Of a stretch of DNA of 64,000 nt, positions 54,072 to 64,000 are shown piece after piece (the stretch's first letter is position 1; every line of letters begins with the position of its first letter). Source of the stretch: Octopus vulgaris. Lineage: Eukaryota. A program made the translations under genes and the position numbers. The notes beneath the pieces were generated by a model, which ran no database searches, was not told the origin of the DNA, and saw only the letters and a program-made list of their open reading frames with translations. The stretch lies in NCBI GenBank assembly GCA_951406725.2, contig OX597815.1:182962001-183026000 (forward strand), read 5' to 3'.

Positions 54072-54230
54072 CAGTAATCCTTCGACTATCACGAGTGTTA
54101 CGTTCCAAAACCTCCCGCGAACAGTGAAAATCCGCGAAGTAGAAGCAGTACTGAACTGTATAATTTTTTAATTATTTTTATAATTTGCATATATTTATTT
54201 TATTATAAATGCAAAATAACACCACGGAGG
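54072..54230 (+). mobile_element. Tigger/pogo-like terminal fragment
   Basis: TA-CAGTAATCCTTCGACTATCACGAG..AAAATCCGCGA resembles Tigger-type termini; no partner TIR seen. Confidence 0.55.
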
Positions 54231-55119
54231 AATCGAGTCAACTTCGGAGAAATTTGAATTCAGAGCATGAAGCCGGAAGAAATGTCGCGAAGCATTTTGT
54301 CTGGCGTGCTAATAATTCTGTCTACCCGCCGCCTTAAACACCATTTAATGATAAAATACATAAATTGCGAGAAGAGCATGATAACCATTGCGTTGTGTAG
54401 CAGTCAACCAACGAATGAGACACGAAGCATCTAAAGTGAGTGCTAGAAATAGCAACCGAATTTCCTCAAAACGCCTTATCGTTTAAAAAATATGAAGTAC
54501 CTCTTACAAGATGTAGCAACTGACACCCCTGAAAAAGACGGAAATATCTCGATGGGAAAGCTTGTGATTACAGTTTCCGTTTCGTCATGTTTGAGGTAGA
54601 TCTAAACCAGGATACCAACAACAATAGCTGTGAGCAATTTCATGGAACCCTATTGAATAAATGATATTGCGACTCTGTTCTATTTCATTGGTAGTTACAG
54701 CAGCTCTCACATATGCAAATACAAGAAATGAATAAAGGGATTTTCAAACACATCTAAGTGAACAAACATTGAGAGGTCCTTTCACAATGCAGTTGTTTAC
54801 AAAAGACGTGTTATTTCTTTGATTACTACGCTATTATTAACGCTAATTGGTTTTCTTTCGCGAAAAAGAAAAAAAAAACTGTGGCTCGTTGATTACAGGT
54901 GTGTTTCTGTTTGTGTCCGTGTACGTGCGAGCGATGATGTGTGCTCGAGTGAAGCTGTGCTTTTTTTTGCATGTGTGCACGTATACCGTCTCTGTATCAG
55001 CATGTCTGTGTGTCCACATGTGTATGGGTGCGTTTGTGCCTGCGCGTGCTCCTGTAGATGCTCGTTTGCATAAAGATATGAGTGGATGTGCGCCTAGGAA
55101 GGTACGTATGAGAGATTAC

Positions 55120-55633
<514 letters not shown>

Positions 55634-55859
55634 TCCGCGGGCGATTTAGCGCATGCGCATAGTTTGTACGACGCTTCTCTCAAATTATAAATTTAACGAC
55701 CCGAAGCATAAACGAACTTGAGATGATTAAAGTGAAAACGTTGGAAGCTCAGTTATGCATTAAAAGACAAGTTCCACACGATCGCTAATAACCTTCCTGC
55801 TTTCAGGGCTGAAGAATGGCAGGTCATCAACAAAGGCCACTGATATATCCACATTCAGA

Positions 55860-56002
55860 TTGTGATGCTGCTTCTGTTGTTCTTCTTCTTCTTGATGATG
55901 ATGATGATACTGGGAGGATGAAGGGGGCGATGGTCATGCTTGTGGTGGCGGCGGCGGCGAAAGTTTTGAAGTGGTAATTGTTGTAATTGCTTTTGTTTAT
56001 GT

Positions 56003-56062
<60 letters not shown>

Positions 56063-56086
56063 GGTGGTAGTAGCAGTAGTAGTAGC

Positions 56087-56117
<31 letters not shown>

Positions 56118-56400
56118 GGTGGTGGTGGTTGTAGTGGTGGTGCTGTTGTTGCTACTACCGATGGTGTTGGTGCATGTAGTGGTAGTGATGAGGAAGTTTG
56201 TGGTGGAGATGATGATGATGACGATAATGATGATGATGGTGGTGGTGATGGTGGTGGTGGTGATGATGGTAGTGTTTGTAAAGGCGGTGGTGGGGGTAAT
56301 GGTGGCAGTGGTGGGGGGATGACTATGGTAGTAATAGTATGGTGTTGGTAGTGATGTTACAGTTGTTGTTGCTGTTGTTGTATGTGTTGTTGTTTTCCTA
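55860..56400. repeat. mixed trinucleotide low-complexity tract (GTA/GGT/GAT/GTT)
   Basis: Direct inspection. Confidence 0.9.
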
Positions 56401-56555
56401 TGTCTCTATGGTAATGGAAATAGCCATTAGCGACGACATCTTTATGTCCTTCAACATTTTAATATCTCTCTCTCTCTCTCTCTCTGTTTCTTTCTCTCCC
56501 CCTCTCTCTCTCTTCCTCTCACTCACTCTCTTTATTTCTCTCTCTTTCTCTTTCC

Positions 56556-56597
<42 letters not shown>

Positions 56598-56599
56598 AC

Positions 56600-57020
56600 G
56601 TACACCTTAATGGCGACCAGAACAGTTTCTCCGAAGCCAAATCTACAGATGAACTATTTTCCTCATTGTTTTGGAGAAGCTTGTTGTTATAAGCCATGTC
56701 ATCGCCCTCGACAACAGTTCGCCTTTGACCTTGTCTGGCATCCAAATCTTCTATCGAAACTACCCGCCTGTGACGTTCACCCGTTTTCCATCTCTTGGTA
56801 AATTTTCTCTCCGATCGCACTATCGCTGCGTGTGTTGCCGGAACTATTTCTGTCCCTTATTCTATCACTCTTGGCATTCAAGTGGGTGCGAATGTCTACT
56901 CTATCCTTTTCCTTCTACTCTATCCTTGTCCAACAACGCCCATTCCTTCCTGAAATTCTCAAAAACAAAGAAAAGCTGTTGGAAAACCGATAATAGTAGC
57001 GACTCCATCAATTCCTAGGG
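56600..57020 (+). mobile_element. decayed CR1/Jockey-type reverse transcriptase fragment
   Basis: Across frames: HVIALDNS..FDLVWHPNLLSKLP..SDRTIAACVAG, matching the LDxSKAFDxVWH region of LINE RTs. Confidence 0.7.
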
Positions 57021-57329
57021 ATATCAGACTATGGATGGTTAAATTACAACAGTTATTTATAGTCCATTCTTTGTATTATAGTGCATTGTTGTGTCATTCA
57101 AAATATTTTATTCTTTACAAACAATACATAATGCTTCAAGCGAACTACAATACTCTACAAGACTCTCCATATATCGTTCGCTTTTAACGAGGACACCAAA
57201 CGCCAAAGTCCCGTTGCTAACAGAAATCTCGAAAACTCCTCCAAAGAGGATATTTATCAATCTTCTCTCTTTCAACAGTAAGAAACTGCAAACATTACTC
57301 ATGTCACCTTTAATCTTTTATCTTCGATT

Positions 57330-57538
57330 TCTTTCATTCATTAGGCTGCGACCATGCTGAGGCAGCGCCTTAAAGAAGTTCTGGGTGGATGAATCGAGCC
57401 CCCGGGCTTATTTGAAAGCCAGGTACTCATTCTATCGGTCTTTTTTGCCGAACCACTAATTACGGGGACATAAATACTACAACACCGGTTGTCAAGCGGT
57501 GATGGTGGACAAACACTAGCATAAAGACACGCACACAG
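57330..57538 (-). mobile_element. SINE family B 3' half
   Basis: GCTGCGACCATGCTGAGGCAGCGCC..TCTATCGGTC..CCGAACCACTAA. Confidence 0.8.
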
Positions 57539-57547
57539 ATATATATA

Positions 57548-57597
<50 letters not shown>

Positions 57598-57601
57598 CAA
57601 A

Positions 57602-57927
57602 ATCAGAAATATTACGAAGTCTAGACAGATATCTTCAGCTAGCAGGCCTCTGCTACTCTAGACCGATGATGAGCAAAGACCCAGAAACATGCATGTCTCT
57701 AGATGCAGGCCTAGCTGATGGGGGTATTTGTCTCCCCTTCGTAAATATATAAGGACACAGGTAATGTGTCAAGGCCGACAGGAAGCGTCGATGCTTCCTA
57801 GGGCTAAACAGCGATGGTGTAAATCCCTTACAGGACTGTCACGTTAAGTTGACAGAATACAACCACTCTATCGCTCCACCACCGTACATATCTCTATGAG
57901 ATATTTAGAAATTTAATATTTCTGATA
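57602..57927 (+). mobile_element. short hammerhead-bearing element in (TA)n with 13-bp inverted termini
   Basis: ATCAGAAATATTA / TAATATTTCTGAT termini; hammerhead fold at 57636-57717. Confidence 0.6.
57636..57717 (+). ncRNA. type I hammerhead ribozyme with extended helix I, core mutated (CCGAUGA)
   Basis: TCTAGA-CCGATGA-TGAG CAAAGA CCCA-GAAAC ATGCAT GTC-TCTAGA; outer pairing CAGCTAG..GC / GC..CTAGCTG. Confidence 0.72.
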
Positions 57928-59850
57928 TATATATATAATTAAAATTTTGAGGTAATAAACATTTTAGAAATTTTTACTACCTGTGGCCTAACGTGTAGAA
58001 AAATTAGTCAATACACTATATATTATTGATATAAATTTAAACACATAAGAGGTATCCGTCATAGGATTCCTTGCACGCTAGAAAGGACAGTTAAATTCCA
58101 AACCACTATTAGGGATAAAAACTCGAAGGGAATGAAAAATAAAAACATTTACCATCTATCTCCTGGACCATGGTTTCTGACTTTTTTAGCAGACCCCGTA
58201 ACTAAAGAATAAACAAACAAAAAGCCATATGCTAGTGAAGCAAACTCATAATCAAAACCATTCCAGCAGTGGCCATCCCGATAGACAGTAAGGTGTGTAT
58301 TTTAAGAGAATTGAACTGTTATGTAACCATGTACAAGCCTCTTTGTTGGCTTCGTGCTTTGTTGACCAACTCGGGCAGCCATCATCTAGCTGAGCTCTGA
58401 TCCAAGATATTCGGTCATCACCATCTCAGCATCTTATTATCATATATACTAAAGTGTCCTCTTCAAAACCTTACAATATGATTTGATAGAGATTGAGCTG
58501 TTATTTCTAGTATGATGAGTGACCATATAGAAACCTCCTTGTGGTTATTGGTGGTGGATGGACTGTTGGCGGCGATGATGGTGGCCGCGATGGTAATAAT
58601 GGTCGTGGTGCTGCTTCCTTTTGCCATTGTCTCATGTTTACTGAAATGTTACGCAAACATTTCAAAACGCACGACAATTACATTAGTGTCAATACTGCAC
58701 CAACAAAAAAAAACAGTCAACTCGTCTTAATGTATAAACGTGTATGTATATGTGGATGTGTGTATGAACGCATGAGCGTATATCTGTATGCATGTATGCA
58801 TCTGTGTATGTAAGCATCTATGTATATATGTGTATGAATGCATGCATGTGCGTATGCATGTGTATGTACGTGTATGTATGTTGTAAGTCGTAGGACAGTT
58901 TTCCACCGAGATAGCTACGTTTTGCATAGAACCACACCTTTCCAAGCAGAAAGCAATGTCATTTTAATTTCTATATTTATATGTTTGTGTCTTTTAGTAT
59001 TTTTATGTAGCGCCACTCCAACCATCTGAATTGCTTGAATATAACAATTCTAAGAGCATCAGCATTCCTGGACCGACAGGAGATTGTCAGCTTCTTTTTA
59101 AAGAAATTTATCCAAAGTATAATATAGTCATGTGTATGTATATAATTTAACTATCAATAAACACGGAATACTACTGCACGTTCTATATATAAAAACTACT
59201 TGAGGTTTGCTTTAAAATAACTTCGGCGCTAATATACCAAATTGAAGAGGGATGTAGAAGAGAAAAAGAAGACGATTAGAGTAAGAGAAAAAAAGAAAGA
59301 AAAGTTAAAACATTGAAAGAGAAACAGGCAAAAGTCGCGTTTTTGGATCTATTTGAATCTTATCAGCTTCGTGTGTTCTCTATCTGTAACTATCATATAG
59401 TCATATGTTTATGTCCGGGACTGGCAGTTTCATAAAATAATGTACAAGACAATAATAATTATGAGCCAAGAACAGCATCTGTGCTGTGTCACTTGACTTG
59501 CTAAAAATAATAGTCAAGCCGCTTGCAAATAGCACTCTCTTGCAGTGGTTCTCAAGCGGTGTCCGTATAAAACTTGGGGGTCAATATAAGATTTTAAAAT
59601 TTATCTGCAATCTATTTCTATATTGCATAAAATATTTTAACACCTTTTCGATATTGTTCTTAATAATGTTTAATTATATAAAGTATTACGGTTTTTTTTA
59701 AACATTGGAAGGCTATGAGAAAACAGGAATCAAAGGGGTCCAGAGAGGTCCTTAATGAATGAAAAACACAAAATGAGGATGGGTGTTCAAAGTTATGTTG
59801 AATAAACAAACAATATATTGATTCGTAAATATCTTGAGTTATATATATAT

Positions 59851-60022
59851 GGCGTAGGTGTGGCTGTGTGGTAAGAAGTTTGAATCTCAACCACACGGTT
59901 TTGGGTTCAATCACAGTGCGTGGCACATGGGCAAGTCTTTTCTACTATAGCATCGGGTTGATCAGAGCCTTGTGAGTGGATTTGGTAGACGAAAACTGAA
60001 AGAAGCCCGTTGTATATATATA
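59851..60022 (+). mobile_element. SINE family B 5' half
   Basis: GGCGTAGGTGTGGCTGTGTGGTAAG..GGGTTCAATCAC..GGGCAAGT; interrupted at its (TA)n by a mariner. Confidence 0.88.
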
Positions 60023-60024
60023 TA

Positions 60025-60625
60025 CGAGGTCTTATCAATAAGTATTCGGGCTGTTGGCATAGTAACGAAGCTAAAGCACACAGAGTGAAACTGCTTGGAA
60101 AAGGTTCACCTTGAACACTGATGTGCATGCTCATTAAGTTTTAACGTTCTAGCTCCTTTCCGCTGCTTACAGCAGTGCTTGGAAGGAAGGTGTGTAGCGT
60201 ATGATCGTCGCACTGACCATGACAGAGACAGTTGTCAGGGCGATACCTGCTTAGAGGCCTGCATGAGGTTGCACAAGTATACGAGTGGTTCAGACGTTCC
60301 CAAGAAGGCTGAAAAAATGTCGATATTGACCAACGTTCTGGGAGACCGGCAACCAGCAGAACTGAGAAAAACATCGCAGATGTGCGTGCAGCTGTGAGGA
60401 AAAATCGTCGAATCACCATCCTTGAAATATCAGAGGATGTGAAGATTAGTTACGGTACAATCCAGTCCATTATCATTAAGGATTTGGGTATGAGATGCGT
60501 GTTTGCCAAGTTTGTGTCAAAACCGCTTTCAGCTGACCAAAAAGATACTCGGATGTCAGTTGCACAAGATCTTGTTAGCTGTGTTGAGAACGATGAAAAC
60601 TTTTTGAAAACTTTGCGCAGGTATC
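60025..60625 (+). mobile_element. mariner 5' fragment (same family as 53569-54048)
   Basis: TA-CGAGGTCTTATCAATAAGT start; AVRKNRRITILEISEDVKISYGTIQSIIIKDLGMRCVFAKFVSKPL helix-turn-helix region. Confidence 0.88.
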
Positions 60626-60639
60626 GCCAAGCTTTAATA

Positions 60640-60693
<54 letters not shown>

Positions 60694-60695
<2 letters not shown>

Positions 60696-60990
60696 AATTA
60701 GAGAAAAACCACTATTATGTAATTCAAACAATGATAGACGTAAATCATACCATATAGAAAGAATAAAATAATAAAACATTTATCTAGATCAGAAAACGTA
60801 CATAATAATAAATACTAAATACTAAATAAAATAATAAATAATTGATAAAAATAAATAATAATGAATAATAATAAAAAACAGTATATAATTGTTTTCTCTA
60901 ATTTATATATTATATATTTATATTGTGAAATTTGATTTAATACTAAATTGAATTTTTCCCTGTAAGTTTGGAGTTATACTCCCTAATAGT
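60694..60990. mobile_element. Penelope-like pseudo-LTR remnant related to 24430-25250
   Basis: Inverted TAAATTAGAGAAAA / TTTTCTCTAATTTA, AAAACCACTATT, and the TTTTCCCTGTAAGTTTGGA terminus are shared with the 24.4-25.2 kb element. Confidence 0.55.
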
Positions 60991-61003
60991 ATTATTATTA
61001 TTA

Positions 61004-61066
<63 letters not shown>

Positions 61067-61255
61067 TACTTTCAAATAGAAATTAAAATATCCAAGGTAT
61101 TACTGGTTCATTGCCTAGTATTTTGGGTGAATAATAATATTCATAAAATAATAGGCCTAAATATAAAACATAGTTTACTTGTATTCAAAAGAAAATTTAG
61201 AAAATGGAGATGTAGCATTAATATAATTTTTTTATCTGCAGAAATCAAACGTATT

Positions 61256-61337
61256 CTCTTACATATGTTTCAATGTAGCCTAAAAGATTAAATTACAATA
61301 ATTAAGTCATTGTATTAGGCAAAATCTCATCAGAGGG
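61256..61337 (-). ncRNA. type I hammerhead with long branched helix II
   Basis: Minus strand CCCT-CTGATGA-GATTTTGCCTAA..TACAATGA..TTATTGTA..TTAGGCTACATT-GAAAC ATAT GTA-AGAG. Confidence 0.7.
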
Positions 61338-61381
61338 GTCGAAAACAAAACACCCAATAACCTAACGGTATATCTTTCTAC

Positions 61382-61463
61382 CCATCTGATAAGATTTTGC
61401 CTATTACAATGATTTAATTATTGTAATTTAATCTTTTAGCCTACATTGAAACAGCTGTAAGAG
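61382..61463 (+). ncRNA. type I hammerhead, G8A-mutated copy
   Basis: CTGATAA-long helix II-GAAAC AGCT GTA-AGAG. Confidence 0.55.
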
Positions 61464-61527
61464 AATATGTTGTATTTTTGTAGATCATAAATTATATTAA
61501 TGCTACATCTCCGTTTTCCAAATTTTC

Positions 61528-61583
<56 letters not shown>

Positions 61584-61876
61584 ATAACAACAATAATCCT
61601 TGGATGGAAATTCTAAATATTTTAAAATATTTAAAAATTGCACCCAATGATTATTATAGTTTTTACAATATATATCCTACACTATATCGGCACAGCTCGG
61701 TGCGTCAGCAAAATACTGGTATTGCCAGTCGGCATCATTAGGTTGTGGCCGGCACAACAGAATAAGACCTTTTTTATATGCATAATCACAACGCTGCCCG
61801 TAAACCAACTTAATGGATATATATTATATATATATGCATGAATATGCATGAATACATATGCATGAATATATGTGTG

Positions 61877-61918
<42 letters not shown>

Positions 61919-62760
61919 GTCTGATGATGCATGTGCATGAACGTGCTGGTATATAAATGAATGCATATGTATCTATGATAGTATTTGTAGGTAATTCTCT
62001 TTTATGCGCATGTGTGTGCGTTTATGTGTGTGCTTAATGCATGAGGGCACCATCCCATATTACATAATCATTTGTTTGATTCTAGGCACGTCAATGATTA
62101 ACTTACTGAAATAAAGCATGATTATATATAAAAATCTCTGGCTTTGCGTACGATACATCAAAACCCTACAGCTAATTTTATGAATATGAAAGCCAAATCC
62201 TAATATCTCCTATATCATCTCAATTTTCTTATGGTTGTTTTATGTCATTACATCCGTTTGTGTGTTTCTGTTCTGCTATCCAAGAGTATTATTTCTGATC
62301 AAAGTGCTTTATACTGAGGCGTATTTATTTCTATTTATCACAACGGATTTTCATGGGTTTTTTTTTCCTGCCGTAACGTTAAGCATCTCATCAAAAGCGA
62401 TTACAAATTCATATCTTTAAAATCGTGCTTTGGATCAGTGACATTACAAGTTATTTTTCTCGCTTCCTTTCTTGGGGTTTTTTTTTGTCCTTCATGTCAG
62501 CATCATTCCCTCTTCTCTCTCTCTCTACATATATATCTATCTATCTATCCATCTCTACCTACCTATCTCTTCTCTCACTTTCTCTCTCTCTCTCTCTCTC
62601 TCCCTCTCAATATAATCAGTACAACTGTTGTAATACTGAATACAGAGACTTAACTTTGATTTCGAATTTATATCCTGAAGAAATGTGTATTCAGTGTGTG
62701 TATGATTGTATAGCCACACATACACACGCGTGCGTGTATAATATACATGTGTATGCATAC

Positions 62761-62826
<66 letters not shown>

Positions 62827-62864
62827 ATATATATGTATGTATGCATACATATGTATATTATACA

Positions 62865-62950
<86 letters not shown>

Positions 62951-63468
62951 CTTGTTCAAAGCTGAGTCTGTGCGAGTTTCTTCACAGCGTTTCTAGATTC
63001 TGATCTTCTGATCTTCAGGCGATTGATGAAATGATATCTGAAGCACTTATATTTATACAGTGTTTCTGCCTGTTCAAGTTATGCTGAAAAACAACAACTT
63101 GCCAGAAAGAACCAATTCCACATGAGCTCGTATAACAATGAGTAAAAGATAAATCTGAAAATTTTTATAAATTTCGATAATTTTCTAGAGGTATGAATTC
63201 TATGGAGAATTCTTATGAAAAAAATATAGAAAAAAATATTTTAATAGAGACCCTCAGGCAAACCTAAAAAGGTAGAAATAGGTATGAATTAATTATTAGT
63301 AAATAGAAAGATATTTTGCTGTTGTTCTTTGCCTGAAGGAGATTTTTTGAAGGGATATTTTATGAGAATTGAATTTGGTTTGAAATCAATTCGAATAAAG
63401 TATATAAACACAATTTCCATGAGCACAACTGCATAAAGTGTTTGTATCAGATATGTATAAAATGAGAA

Positions 63469-63550
63469 GGCGGCGAGCTGGCAGAAACGTTAGCACGCCG
63501 GTCGAAATCCGTAGCCGTATTTCGTCTGCCGTTACGTTCTGAGTTCAAAT
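63469..63550 (+). mobile_element. SINE A head fragment
   Basis: GGCGGCGAGCTGGCAGAAACG..GAGTTCAAAT, then truncated. Confidence 0.88.
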
Positions 63551-63600
63551 GAAAGACGAAGACAGGTGCATTAGTTTAATGCTCAGGAAGGTGAGAAAGT

Positions 63601-63634
63601 CTTTTACGTTTCGACCTACGTCTTCAACAGAAAG
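63601..63634 (-). ncRNA. minimal hammerhead-like motif, CUGUUGA variant
   Basis: Minus strand CTTT-CTGTTGA-A-GAC GTAG GTC-GAAAC GTA-AAAG; context related to 17950-18050. Confidence 0.5.
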
Positions 63635-63648
63635 GAACACGAGTAAAT

Positions 63649-63679
<31 letters not shown>

Positions 63680-63717
63680 ATAAAAAAAAACTTTTGGAGC
63701 TAGCAGTCAATCATGGT

Positions 63718-63769
<52 letters not shown>

Positions 63770-63923
63770 AACTTCAAAGTTACTTCGTTCCTTCAATAAT
63801 ATTGTTGATTAAGAATAATAAATTTTCTAACTTGCTACTTTGCTTGTTGGAAGATCAGAGACTGATTGTCGCTTGGTTTTCTATATATTGCAAGCTGGAG
63901 CGAATTCCTGCTATTTCTAGCGA

Positions 63924-63986
63924 ACGGGTGTTCACCACTGATGATGGTAACAAATAGCCTGAAACCGTTCGGTCTGGTTATCCCGT
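63924..63986 (+). ncRNA. type I hammerhead ribozyme, intact core, extended helix I
   Basis: ACGGG..ACCA-CTGATGA-TGGTAACAAATAGCCT-GAAACCG TT CGGTC-TGGT..CCCGT; GUC cleavage triplet at 63972-63974. Confidence 0.85.
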
Positions 63987-64000
63987 CGTCTGCCAGAAGA

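Larger units (their letters stand above)
61191..61528. mobile_element. inverted pair (~145-bp arms) of hammerhead-bearing pseudo-LTR-like units in (TA)n
   Basis: 61191-61337 is the diverged reverse complement of 61382-61528. Confidence 0.8.

Noticed and set aside
55971-56351. Gly/Asp/Val-rich ORF
   Set aside because: Patchwork of trinucleotide repeats with no recognisable domain or splice context.
59543-59760. CAGTGGTTCTCAA, resembling a hAT/Charlie terminus
   Set aside because: No matching right terminus or 8-bp TSD could be located.

Overview
AT-rich, repeat-saturated eukaryotic non-coding DNA. The SINE families and microsatellite load point to a coleoid cephalopod, probably Octopus (inference). 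I found no intact host protein-coding gene; most long ORFs in the track are translations of microsatellites or low-complexity tracts. Recognisable content: three tRNA-derived SINE families (one forming nested arrays), decayed mariner transposons, MITEs, a Helentron-type non-autonomous element, LINE fragments (CR1/L2-like, RTE, and R4/Dong-like sitting in (TAA)n), and Penelope-like remnants. Three features stand out. (1) About ten type I hammerhead ribozyme motifs from several unrelated short elements, including inverted pairs, a compensatory U3-A8 core variant and a near-intact copy at 63924-63986. (2) An ORF1-only (HAL1-like) retroposon with a 19-bp TSD at 36244-37449, whose 3' end matches the tail of the dominant SINE. 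(3) A near-identical ~7 kb inverted duplication (27861-35277 vs 44093-50906) whose right copy is bracketed by a 12-bp direct repeat, consistent with a template switch.
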